Shown here piece after piece: positions 38,048 through 49,839 of a DNA stretch of 64,000 nucleotides (its first letter is position 1; each line of letters opens with the position of its first letter). The stretch is from the NCBI GenBank assembly GCA_030704615.1, contig CM060731.1, forward strand, positions 84,196,001-84,260,000, written 5' to 3'. The position numbers and the translations under genes were made by a program. The notes beneath the pieces are model-generated. The model was not told where the DNA came from. It was given only the letters and a program-made list of their open reading frames with translations, and did not search any database. The stretch comes from Takakia lepidozioides (taxonomy: Eukaryota > Plantae > Bryophyta).

Positions 38048-41000
38048 ATGCCGAAGGGGAGGAAGCAGATGCGTCTACAGGAGGAGATTGCCATCTCCGA
38101 GCAGCAGGCCACTCAGGCAACCCAGCCACCAGTGAGAGCTCCATGCGATCGGGCTGCGCGCAGCTGATCGAGCACCGAACCCCCCATTTTGCTTCTGTAA
38201 TTCTTAGACTGAATGCTAGGAGACTTGAATGCAGAACATGTTTGCATGCCTAACAGGAAAGGTGGACGTGCTGGAGGGATCGCAGGAATCCGAAGAGCCG
38301 CAGGAAGAGTCCGAGGAGCTAGCTGCAGCACGTACACCCACCCGATCCCCGAGCGCGGGTACTCCTGCCGGGCCTAGCCCTCTGCGATTCAAAGACGCGT
38401 CTTCGAAGGGCAAGTTCAAAGTCTCAGAGATCGACTCGCGTTCTTCGATCATGGAGAATCGCCAGCAGGGGTCGGGCCCTTCTCCAGCAAAGTCGAAGAA
38501 GAAGCAGCCCGTCCCTCTACTGGCTTCTGAACCGGCTCAGGCCGATTCACCCCCCCCAACGCGAATGAAGCAGCAGGGTAGAAGACAGATTCTATTGCAG
38601 CAGACACCTTCACCTGCAAGGATGAGGAAGCAGAAGGCAATCAGGGCGACGGCCGAACAATCTCCCGCAAAACCGCTTCCACGAGCTGAAGCTCAGTTCC
38701 TGGAGGATTTCCCGCCTGCAGATGTTGGGGCCGACTCTGCTGCAGCGAAGGCAATGGGATCGACCGTTGATCTCGATTTGGTACCGGAGGAGGGTGCTGC
38801 CGCTGAACGTTCGCAGGCAGACCTCACCACCGATGAGCTAGCAGGCCCGGAGGAGGCCTCTGCAGTGGCAGAATTGCCCGCACACAGGCCCCAGAGTGCA
38901 GCTCCAGTTGAGGATGCTCCACCTGCTCAGCCACTACCGCACCTACAGACATGTCTCCGGAGGATTTCAAAAGTGCAGCGGATAAAATGTTGGAGGAGAC
39001 ACACAGTAGCATTGGCAGAGTTCTGGGCAGCAGGGTATTCCAGCGGACTCTTCGAATCCCACTCTGTCGCATGGTCTCCCTTCCCATCGTCAGGCAGGCC
39101 CTTCCCGGAGATGTGGATAAGCTCAAGTTCGCATTTCGAGAAGGGTACCGTCTGGGATCGGCAGCGTTTTACGTTTCCATAGAGAATGAGGACGGCGAAA
39201 CCCGTGGACCCACTGCCGATGAATTGTCAACGTGGGATACCCACTGGCACACTCGCAACCACGAATTCGAGGCGACGCTGAAGGGTGATCCCGACTTCGG
39301 CCATATGTCGGGAAAAATGTTCTTTGTGTGGGACGGGAATCACCGACTTCTCGCCTGGTGGGAGTACATCAAGCAGAACCATGCCAAGCACATTGGCTGG
39401 CATTACATGGTGGAGTGTGTCATCCTCAAGGTGAAGGCGGCAGACTCCTCCCTCCTCAAGAATGCCATGGCGGACCTCAACTCGTAAGATACTCATACCC
39501 TCCCTAGCACATTCGAAATGCGGTGCCGCATTTCGGTTTCCATTCTGGTTTGATTCCGTGCTTCCGTGTACTGAACTGGAGAGTGTGCCTTGCAGGGTCA
39601 CTGAGAATGCGTACGTGCATACCCACATGGCACATATGCTGTACAGGGTGAGGAAAACTGGTCTTACTGATCCGCAGATGTTTGCGGAAATGCTGGAGCC
39701 GGAGCTCATTCAGAAAGCCGTTGCAAAAACAGACCGGACATGGTATCGTCTCACTATGGATGGAATGGTGGAGGTGATATACGAAGTAAGTCGTGCTCCA
39801 ATTTCCCTCTGCTCATCCTTCCCCAATTTCCAGTAATGTTTCCACATGAATCGAATGTAACGCTTCTGCATGTTTTTGTTGGCAGTCAAACATCAAGCTG
39901 GATTTGGCCCATGCCAAACGCTTCTTCATGGAAAGTGAGGGGCAGGTCAAAACGTTGCAGTCATTGACTGAGCACTTGAAGGAAGCCGGTGTCAAGTCCA
40001 GAACCAAATACAAGTCAAAGCTTGTGAAGCTGGTGGCAATTGCAGATCCGGCACTTGGAAAGGACTTCATCCCCGAGATTGCAAAACACTATTCTCGGGC
40101 CATGCAGCCGACCATGCAATTGGAGAAACTGCATCACCTCTCAACGGCATGTGTGGAGGCGAAAGAGAAGGTGAGGTTTCAATGCACTGAATTTCCTTCC
40201 TAGCAATAGCCACTCTCTTCCAGCCACTGACATTGGATCGGAAATGGCAGACACGGTGGCTGTCGATCTGGAATGCATCCGAGAGCATAAGGACAATGTG
40301 GTCTTTTCCACTGGAAGTTTCCGACCCTGCAGTGGATGTGTGGCTCAACCGTATGACTTGGTGGTTCCAGGTAATTCAAGGTACTTCCCCAGATTTGCTT
40401 TTCTGACATGAATTCCCTGAACTGCTACGTGACAATGCATTTGGGAATGGCAGGTAATGTCGAATGCAAAGGAGCAAGTCGTAATGCACACAAATTCGTT
40501 CGGCTTGTACGTCAAATGGGATGGAACACAGACATTGGAAGACTACGTGACACGTTTCAGATGTGCGTACAAGGACAACCTTTTCGCCAGAGAGCTACAG
40601 ACAGCAAGAAGGAGCGTGGAGTTTACACATCAGGAGGGAGCGGGGAAAGCTGCAATGCGAATTGTTTACAGGTGAAGCACAGCTGCCCTTGTATGCGAAG
40701 CCTGGTTACGAGGTTTGTCTCGGAAATGCGGCACCGCATTCGCATTTTATGTTTTCGGTGGCACTCTGCCAGTAGGTTGGTCTCAAGTTTTGCTCACGCA
40801 TGCTGACTGCCTTGCAGGTATATGAAATACGTGCTCCTTCAGACAGGGGCCCTGGCTCAAGAGCCCCCGTTCTTCATGGCTTGGACCGTGGCGGGCCCAA
40901 GCTGTGTCTACACACCCGAGATGCAGAAACAATGGCATCCCGCGCATCTCGTTGGATGCCCGTGGTACCTGGACATGTCTGGCGGTATTGTTGACGAGTC

Positions 41001-43170
41001 TGAGAAAGATCTGCACGCCTTGGCAGAAGAGAAGAGAAAGGAAAGACGTGTCCCTGCTGGGCCAAAGTCGGCAAAGGAATCTGCTGCTCTGGAAGAATCC
41101 AGAAAGGCAGCTGAGATGGCACAAAAGACGGTGGATGCAGCTGTGCAGGCCCAACAGAAGGGGTCGAAGAAGAGGACTCGCCAGCAAGGAGCAGCTGTTG
41201 TGACACCCGCCAAAACGAAGAAGCAGAAACAGCCTGTTCAGGAAGAGGGTGAGGAAGAGGACTCCGATGGAGACTTTGCAACCAGCCCACCCCCCCAAAC
41301 GCAGGCTGCCTCCCCTGTGCCCACCGTTGTCACCAGAGGCACGAGAACTGGCTCGGCAAAGAAGGCACTCTTCAACCCCCCAGGGGGGCACCCTTTCGAG
41401 CCGGTGGAAATGAAGAGGCCGAAAGTGGCTCCCGAAACTGTAGTCCAGTGTGTAAATGAGAGTTTCTTGGCGGCTTTGGATGGACGGGCAGCCAAGTTGG
41501 CATACATGAAGACCATGGAGGGTCTGAAGGGCAGAGCACTGAAGAAGGCGACTGCCGAAGAGCCTTCCGACACCCCAGGATTTCAGAATATGGTCTCGTT
41601 CTTTGAGAGGGTGTGTGCAGACAAGGATTGTAGGAGGGGCGGAAATGCCACCGAGTGGTCTTGCGATATGATCATCTTGGATATTCCGGACGGAGAGCCT
41701 GTGGAAGGACTGCAAGCTTTGCCATCTTGGAACAGGTACTCGGAGGACTTTTGGAAGAAAGGATTCGGGCTTGCCCGCATGGTGTTGGACGACAGAGGCT
41801 GTGTGGTTGTCCTGGCGAGCAGAGGAAAAAACACTCAGACAGGAATTGCGAAGTGGACCCGCAAGAGCGCCGTCCCGATTCTGAAAAAGAAGTGGACGTG
41901 CATCAACACACTGGGCCTTCGGTCGGAAGGGAAGAAGGTGATTACGACACTGGCACTCGTCCATTCATTTGCTTGGGTGCTTTCAAATGCGGTGCCGCAT
42001 TCGGTTTCTAATCGTTTTCCCCCTGTGTATGCAGACGAAGCAGTTCGATGCATACTGCTTTGTGAAGGAAAACTCCACCTTTGCTTTCCGGAAGGAGGGA
42101 GGAAAGGTTGACCCAACTGCGACCCACTCGATTACGACGTTCTGTTCAACAACGTTCCCAAGGAACTTCTCCCTCATAGCCTCACTTCAACGGAACCCCT
42201 GCGGTACTCACGGACTCGGAGCCCTGCCTTCATTCAGACAATTATGGAGACATGCACAGACGTGGAGGGCACAGTGCTGGACCTCATCTGTGGGACAGGT
42301 ATGCAGAATCTTGATCTCTGCTGTTCTGCAAATTCTCGTTAGGATGTAGTTCGCAACATCTGAAGCGCCATGTGGTAATGTGTGGATGGCATTGTAACAG
42401 GTGCCTCAATGTGGGCTGGGCGGTTTTCCGACCGGCACCTCTTTGCCTACGAGGAGGATTCATCCGTGTGGGGATCCCATCTGGAGGGGCTGCAACGGAA
42501 TGTGAAGGCTCCCGACAGAGCGGAAGTCTCCTCGGATTCGTCGGAGTCCGAGGAAGACACAGTGGACATTGATGCAGAGGAGAACCCGGAATACGAGTGA
42601 GTGCAAACATTGTAAGTTTGCAAAGCCTTCTGGGTCATTTATGTCAAAGGAATTTCCCGACTGTGGTTCTCATTAGTCTCGTTGATGATTGTCATGTGCA
42701 GGATTGCAGGGTCCGGGTCGAAACATGTAGGGCCTACACTTCCTGCCAGGAAGAATGTCCCGTTCTTTGCGAGGGCCGACTTCATGACGAGCCCGGTGAG
42801 GGACTACTCCCTTCCTAGTTATGCAGCTAAACTCGCAAATACAGCGATTAGAAGAAGTGAGAATCCCAGTAAAGTAGAGCAGATTTTGGAGAGGGCTAGG
42901 GAGGACAGAAGGATAAGGAAAGAGTTGGCAGCAGCTCAGACAGGTAGACGGGTACGAAAGTACATATGTGATTCAGCGGATGAGAGCGACGCAGACAGGG
43001 AGGAGGACGACCCAACGGAGGTGAGATGGACAGTTCCGCAAGGGGAAGATGGGATTTTTGAAAGCCTGGCCAACGAGCAGTCCGCTGGAGATGAGAGAGG
43101 CACTGAGGGGGTGGAGGAGGAGCAGGACAGTCTAGAACAGGATGAGGATTCCGATGATTTTCAAGATTAA
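38048..43170 (+). CDS. Multi-exon ParB/Srx-like domain + beta-class N4C/N6A DNA methyltransferase-like protein (one apparent frameshift near 38940; 5' exon structure uncertain)
   Basis: FFVWDGNHRLLAW (DGNHR at 39332-39346), CDMIILDIPDG (DIPDG at 41680-41694), RSPAFIQTIMETCTDVEGTVLDLICGTG and RHLFAYEED. Predicted GT-AG introns at about 39484-39595, 39787-39885, 40171-40223, 40371-40453, 40672-40817, 41938-42034, 42299-42400 and 42597-42701. Confidence 0.82.
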
Positions 43171-43299
43171 TAGAATTTTAATGAAGTCTCTGTAAATGTA
43201 AATTCTCTTCCAGAGTATATAAAGAAAATTCTGCCCGACATTCGTGACCCCTCTCCAGTGTGCATTCCAGCCACACAATCGCCCAAACCAGGACGCTCC

Positions 43300-44240
43300 C
43301 AAAATCAGAAATGGGTCAGGGCATTTCCAAAATTTTGGCAACTCTAAGAACCTCTTTTGGAAATGCGGCACCGCATTTCCAAAACAGGGGAGGGACTAAT
43401 TTTCCATTTCAATGTTGGCATAGTAAAAAGTAATCTGAATTGGGAATGCGGTGCCGCATTTCCAAAATTTCCTTTGTCCACACGCCAGTTTTGGCCTCTC
43501 CCGCTCATTGCATGGATGCCACCACGCTTACAGAGGTCGAACAAGGAGGTCGAACAAGGAGGCCGACATGGCGGGATTGGAAATGCGGTGCCGCATTTCC
43601 ATATTGGGGATGGTGGTTGTTCGAACTGCAGACCCATCAACAAAAACTGGCACCGCATTCCATTGTAAAAAAAAAGTCGATGACGGACATGGAAATGCGG
43701 CGCCGCATTTCCAGAACGGACATCGCAATTTGTCAATTTGCAGACCCTCTCTCGGAAATGCGGTAACGCATTCCATCGCGCTGGTCGGAAATAGGTGCAC
43801 TTTTCGAAGTGTTGGACGGAAATGCGGCACCGCATTCCCTTGTCCAAAAAGAAGTTTCCATTGCCAAGCTTGGAAATGCGTCGCCGCATTTGCAATGCCA
43901 ACCTCGTTTTCTGATCAATTTATAGACCCGTGTTGGTATTTCGTGTACCTGGACGGAAATGATGCACCGCATTTTCTTGTCCCACATGGAAATGCGGTGC
44001 CGCATTTCGATGTCCGACATGGAAATGCGGTGCCGAATTTCGATGTCGGACATGGAAATGCGGCGCCGCATTTCGATCCCGACATGGAAATGCGGCGCCG
44101 CATTTCGATGCCGACATGGAAATGCGGCGCCGCATTTCGATGCCGACATGGAAATGCGGTGCCGCATTTCCAAGCCGACATGGAAATGCGGCGCCACATT
44201 TCCATGCCGACATGGAAATGCGGTGCCGCATTTCAATGTC
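43300..44240. repeat. Downstream cluster of the 22-bp palindrome, ending in about 9 tandem 32-33-bp units
   Basis: Unit starts at 43955, 43988, 44021, 44054, 44086, 44118, 44150, 44182 and 44214. Confidence 0.93.
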
Positions 44241-44862
44241 CGACATGGCGTTACTCTGGTATATTCTTGACACATGACTCACATACCGGTTACTCTGCTT
44301 TATTCAACCAGACAGACAAATTGTAGAAATGAGACATCAAATTGTAAACAGTGGGCCAAATCCGAGAGTTATTCAACACAATGAAACACAGTCATACAGA
44401 AGTGAGGTACATTCCAGGGCACACTCCAGGGCACATTTAAATTTCCCCCGTACAGGATCCTGGACCGATGAAGATTGGCTGCTGCATGAATGTAGCCGTT
44501 TCAGTTTCCTACCCTGCCATGCAAACTATGGGCAGTCACTGCCAGGTGGGCCGATAGCCACTGGACACGACGAAGTCCATCCCCTCTTCGATGTAAATGC
44601 GGCGCCGAATTTCCATCCGGGGGGATGGACTTCGGTGGCAGATCTCAAACTATAACTTGTTGATGAGAAAGATGTATGGCTTCATCCACCGCTGGCGTGA
44701 TGAACACGTTCCACCTCCGTCGGTGGGTACGTGTGACCCAGATGCTCCATTTTGGAGGCCGGACTGCTCTTCCGCTTCGTATCTTTTCCAAAATCTAAGG
44801 GCTTCGTAGCTGTCCGCAAGGTCATCGGCATCCAAGTCGTCCTCAGGTCCTCCATTGCAAGG

Positions 44863-45426
44863 ATGCCGTGCTTCCGGAACCGGGACGACTGCCCCTTTGG
44901 AGGCATCGATTATGCAATGTATTCGGCCACATCGGGAGACATTGTTATCTGGTACACAGATTACACAGAAGATACTGGTTCGATTGTGGAAACATTGGTG
45001 GCTTTTGAGTATATCGTAGGCCACTACGCCTTCGAGCGGGGTGACGATCTTGGTTTGAGGAGTCCGTGGCTCCTGCGCATCCTCGATTCCGATTTTCCCA
45101 GCTACGACGGTCACCCATGCAGAAGAAGGCGCACTGCTATGCTGTTGCGGTGGAACTGCTGCCACTGGACGTGGGTGGACTCCATCGGAGAGACCTATTC
45201 TCCTCGAGGAGTGCGCTCCTCTTCTCCATTGTATGGGGACATTCGCATTGGTGTGGACGACGAAAACGTGAAGATTTCCATATTCGATGGTGGTATGATT
45301 GAAGGGCAGGACATTGTGGTGAACATCACTAGGGGCGGTACAACGGCTGCAATCGACTTTACATGGAGGAGCCCCAGGACTCATGAGCTAGTTCTGAGAG
45401 CAGTCGAAGTCCCATTGACAACGTGA
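44863..45426 (+). CDS. Orphan ~187-aa protein carried by the transposon (ORF-A)
   Basis: Intact ORF MPCFRNRDDCP...LVLRAVEVPLTT, conserved in copy 3 and paralogous to 50948..51526. Confidence 0.7.
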   Translation: MPCFRNRDDCPFGGIDYAMYSATSGDIVIWYTDYTEDTGSIVETLVAFEYIVGHYAFERGDDLGLRSPWLLRILDSDFPSYDGHPCRRRRTAMLLRWNCCHWTWVDSIGETYSPRGVRSSSPLYGDIRIGVDDENVKISIFDGGMIEGQDIVVNITRGGTTAAIDFTWRSPRTHELVLRAVEVPLTT

Positions 45427-45897
45427 CTTGTATTCAGTAGGCACAGGGCTCAAGATTTGAGGGCACAATCAGCACAGTAGACGTGCTTCAAATGCAATTC
45501 ATGTGGATCAATAAAAACCTCATTGTGCCCTCTTTTTATTCTATTCTGTGTCCATTGTTCCGAGAATGCGTCATTGCTCATTTCGTTTGGGATTGGGAGT
45601 GTGGGTGAATTTTGCAAATGGCTGGTAGGCTGAAATGGGCCCCCATTGTACAGAGCAATACCACCCTACCATTCGCGAAACATTGCCTTTCAATATATAA
45701 TTCTAAATAACATTGCCGAACCTCCTTCATCGGGAGGTCCTTCTCCCCCTATGACCGTGGCACCCTAAACCCTATTCCCGCGGACACTCATTTCCGGAAA
45801 ATAGTGCTGCTCATGTTTTTTTCCACACTTACGACTCTGCTCATGGCTCATGCCGCTCATGGCTCATGGCTCATGAAATAGCAGCCCCCAATGAGAG

Positions 45898-46813
45898 AAT
45901 AATTTGGGAATTTGAAATGGAGGAGGAGTGGGATACTAGTGAGACACAAATGTCATCTCACTTGTTCGACAACAAGCGGGTGGAGTGCTCACGTCCTCCA
46001 ATACCATCATGGATCAAAGATGGCTCGTGTTGTCCAGTTTGCCTTAATCCATACGGTCTGGAGGGTGCATACTTGTTGGGAAGTTGTGGACATATGTTTC
46101 ACGTAACTTGTTTGAAGTCGGCGGCTCTAATAAGCAACACATGTCTGTCATGTCGTGCGCCAATCCACCGACGTTACTATGAGCTATTTGGGTTGGAGGA
46201 TGTGATGCCCATAGGGTATGAGCTCAATCGACACAATTTCCCTTTGGACCAGGAACCTCACAATTTTCTGAACGGCAAACACTGGGGGAAGACGTTGGCA
46301 TGGAATGCTGATACGAGGATGCATGGCATGATATCCGATCGAACGTTCGATATCAATGAGTTTTGGATGACATTTAATTGGGAAATCACAAAACGTGCTC
46401 GTTGCATAGAAGATCCAGATCAATGGGAGTTGTTTTGTCGAAACCTTGGAGGTTGGGGAATAAGAAGCGAGAGGTTTTTTCGGTTGCCCGAGAACCCACC
46501 AAACGGAGTGAACCTTTCCTCATACAATGGTAATCCGATTGGCCGGCATCTGCTGCTGCATAGCCTTGAGCGTGTTGCCAAATCATGTATCCGAATGAAC
46601 GACACAATGACGGAACGCAAAGAGCGGCGGCTGCATCGCAATCCCGCATATGAGGATGCGGATGAAAAGAAAATCAACAGATATGCCAAGGCCATTAGGC
46701 ACGTCGTTAGAACGTGGCAAATGAGTCTCCGTCGCAAAGTTGTTGGGGCATCGCAATACCATCGCAAGGCGACCCCTGGAGGTTGCAACCCCTTGCATTT
46801 ACAATATCTATGA
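45898..46813 (+). pseudogene. 3' part of the interrupted RING-H2 finger gene
   Basis: CPVC...CGHMFHVTC...CLSC. In frame with the left flank once the element and one TSD are removed. Confidence 0.8.
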
Positions 46814-47739
46814 TTGCGGATTTCTCCTACGCAATGATTTTTGTTTTAGCTCTATTTTGTTCTGTGAATGCAAACCCCAGACCACTACATCCATTGAAAA
46901 ATTTGGACCAAACAAAAACAAAAATAAACAAAGAGTTTCCTTCACTCACTATTGCGGAACTCTCTATGGAGAGTGCATGAAGTTGAAAAGAACTCAACTT
47001 CGGAGTGCAAATGAGGGAAGAAAATATGGTTTTCAGTCCAAATGATTTTTGTTCACTCCCAAAATTTGCACACGCATTGCAAACGCTGTCATTAAGCATA
47101 TGGTCTAATAGTTTGCACGGATGTAGTGGTGCAAGGATCGAATTCATAGAACAAAACACAGCAAAAAATAAATTATTACGTAATAGCAATCCCCAATCCT
47201 AGACCCCCAGGCAAGAGGGCACTTGCGACGCCCCAGCAGGCCTGCGACTGCGGGGAATCGCAACGTCTTTCTTGCGGGGCCTGGTTCGACTGCCTCCTCT
47301 CGGTGCCTACGCCGTTGCCCCCCCCTCCTTCATCATTTTTATAACGTTCGTAATATTATATAGCATTTACACAACTCTCATTTATTTCTATATGATGTAA
47401 AGGCCTAGTGTACCTGCTCCAGTCACCTCGTTTGACCGAAACTCACCAATTTCAAAATCACAGTAAAATGAAACACACCACAAGGGGGGGCCAAATCCAA
47501 AATACACAAAGATCTATTTAGTCCCCACCTAATGAATTGAGAAAATGGGTTTGGAAGCCAAAGATGGGATTGGGGGGTAGGAAAAAGCCCACAATTTGAT
47601 AAAAATCGGAGACAAAACCTCCCCCTCCGTGTCAATGGCTTCCCTCTTCCTCTAACTCCGCAGAATGCAAAGCATCCCACACCCACAGAGCTAAAGGGGA
47701 AGAGTGAAAGTGAGAGCCAAAAATGGCCTCCTTCCCCTT

Positions 47740-48075
47740 ATATGGGCGACCGCTCAAAAGCGGTCACCCAAGCGCCTTCCGGAAGATGTCCGCCACGTGG
47801 CGGCCACCAGCGCAATGTGGCGACCGCCACATCGACGGTCGCCCACATGGCTGACGTGGTGGTCACCCGGGCCGGCGGCCCATCCCGCCAAGTGACCGCT
47901 GACATGGCGGTCGCAAGTGCCGGCAGCCCATCTGCCCGGGGACTGCCGACGTGGCAACCGCTGATGTGGCGGTCGCCCGGGCCTACGCCCCATCCCACCC
48001 GGCGACCAGCACCTGCATGGTCGCCTCGGCAAGCCGTCACCTGGCCGGTCACCTTCGTCCTCGTTGTCGCCAGCG
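47740..48075. repeat. GC-rich cluster of ggcgacc/ggtcgcc motifs, probably the subterminal region of an unclassified element
   Basis: Short motifs repeated in both orientations. Confidence 0.4.
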
Positions 48076-49839
48076 TGGCAAAAGAAGGTAAAAAAGTAAA
48101 AAAAGTAAAAAAGTAAAAATACCGCGATGAATGTCTTCTTATGGACGCGACGTGACGCCGACGCTGACGTGTTACTGCGGCGTCATGTCCATACCTGCAA
48201 CCGGGATTGGCAGTATCATGACAAAGCCACTCCAAACTAGATTCACTCAACCAGCTAATTTGTAGAATCCAACAGAAGGTGCCTTCATGAGCAATGCTTG
48301 ATTTTATCAATTGTGCCGTTGCTGCTGCGGCTTCCACGGCGATTGCAGCCTACAATGTCCATTTTTTGCTGTCACAGCACTATTTTTTCCAGACATATAA
48401 TAGTGGTAAATTATCATACTCCCACATGACAATGCCATCAATAAAAAGGGACTAACATATAGAGGCTCATCTACATATACTTTCACACTTAATTTTAAAT
48501 CTCATTATAAAAAACCAGAATCTCTAGATGCTATGGACTTTTAAAAAGTCCATAAGGAATTGTCGTGCAGTCCATAAAAAAAGACGTTGACTTTTTTAAT
48601 ATAGGAGTTAGAACAAAGTAAAAAGAAAGGACTCTCTCAAACTTGCTTTGATTTATGATGAATCTGGAATGAAAACTATCATTAAAAAATATGAAGTTAA
48701 AAAAAAATATATGTACTATTTTGAGCCTAAAAAATAACTATTTTCATAAAGTCCTTTATGACTAAATTCTTTTGAAATAACAATGATCAAATTTCAAAAA
48801 AACATTTGTGAATTGATATTATCTTGACAATCTTGGTTTTAACAGTCAATAATAGATGGTCAAGATTGTCAGTTGAAGCAAATCCAATGGTTGAGGATTC
48901 GCCACATCCTCCTTTATGTACTCTTTATGTACTCATGATCTGCCGTTTTTGGTCCACTCTAGTTTGCAATCACCCTCCAGTTGACCATCTATCCATGGAG
49001 GTTTCTTGTAGCTATCAGTCCACAGGGAATCATAGGTAAACTTGAGCTTGAAATTTGGCCCTCTTGGACGAATCTGGACCCAAACTCTATCCTTGCTCTT
49101 TCAACTATCCATACCTCTGCACAAATCATGCATACATCCTTGCCTTGCTGCTACAGGTAACAATGATAGCCTAGATTTGTTCTAGCAAACACCCCAACCC
49201 TACTTATCACACTAGTTCCTATGCTGACTTGGGCTTCCAACAGGCATTCACCTTTTTGCCTCGATTGTTCCACCCTTGACTGCGGTCGGAAACACATTCA
49301 TTCCAAAACTTTCCTCGTCTCTGCTATCTGTTTTTCGATACTTTCCTATTGCCACATAGGCAGTAACATGTCAAAATCACTCGAAGACCACCATAGATCC
49401 ACCAACGAGCTAACTTACAGAATAGAATAAATAATAGAACTTACAGCTACTTTGCATGTGACTATTTTCCGGAAATATGTGTCCGCGGGAATAGGGTTAA
49501 GGGTGCCACGGTCATAGGGGGAGAAGGACCTCCCGATGAAGGAGGTTCGGCAATGTTTTTTAGAATTATATATTGAATGGAAATGTTTCGCAAATGGTAG
49601 GGTGGTACTGCTCTGTACAATGGGGGCCCATTTCAGCCTAACAGCCACTTGCAAAATCCTCCCACACTCCCAATCCCAAACGAAATGAACAATGACGCAT
49701 TCTGGGAACGATGGACACAGAATAGAATAAAAAGAGGGCACAATGAGGTTTTTATTGATCCACATGAATTGCATTTGAAGCACGTCTACTGTGCTGATTG
49801 TGCAAACAAATCGTTAGCCCTGTGCCTACTGAATACAAG

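Larger units (their letters stand above)
31037..45889. mobile_element. Complete ~14.85-kb Mutator-like DNA transposon carrying the ParB-MTase gene
   Basis: Imperfect TIRs gaggtttactatttcatgagc and gctcatgaaatagcagccccc. TSD AATGAGAG at 31029-31036 and 45890-45897 (CAATGAGAG if 9 bp). Encodes a transposase. Confidence 0.93.

Noticed and set aside
38048-43170. Bacterial contamination or prophage as the source of the ParB and MTase motifs
   Set aside because: The gene has multiple spliceosomal-type introns, one of which splits motif I, and it sits inside a TSD-flanked eukaryotic transposon.
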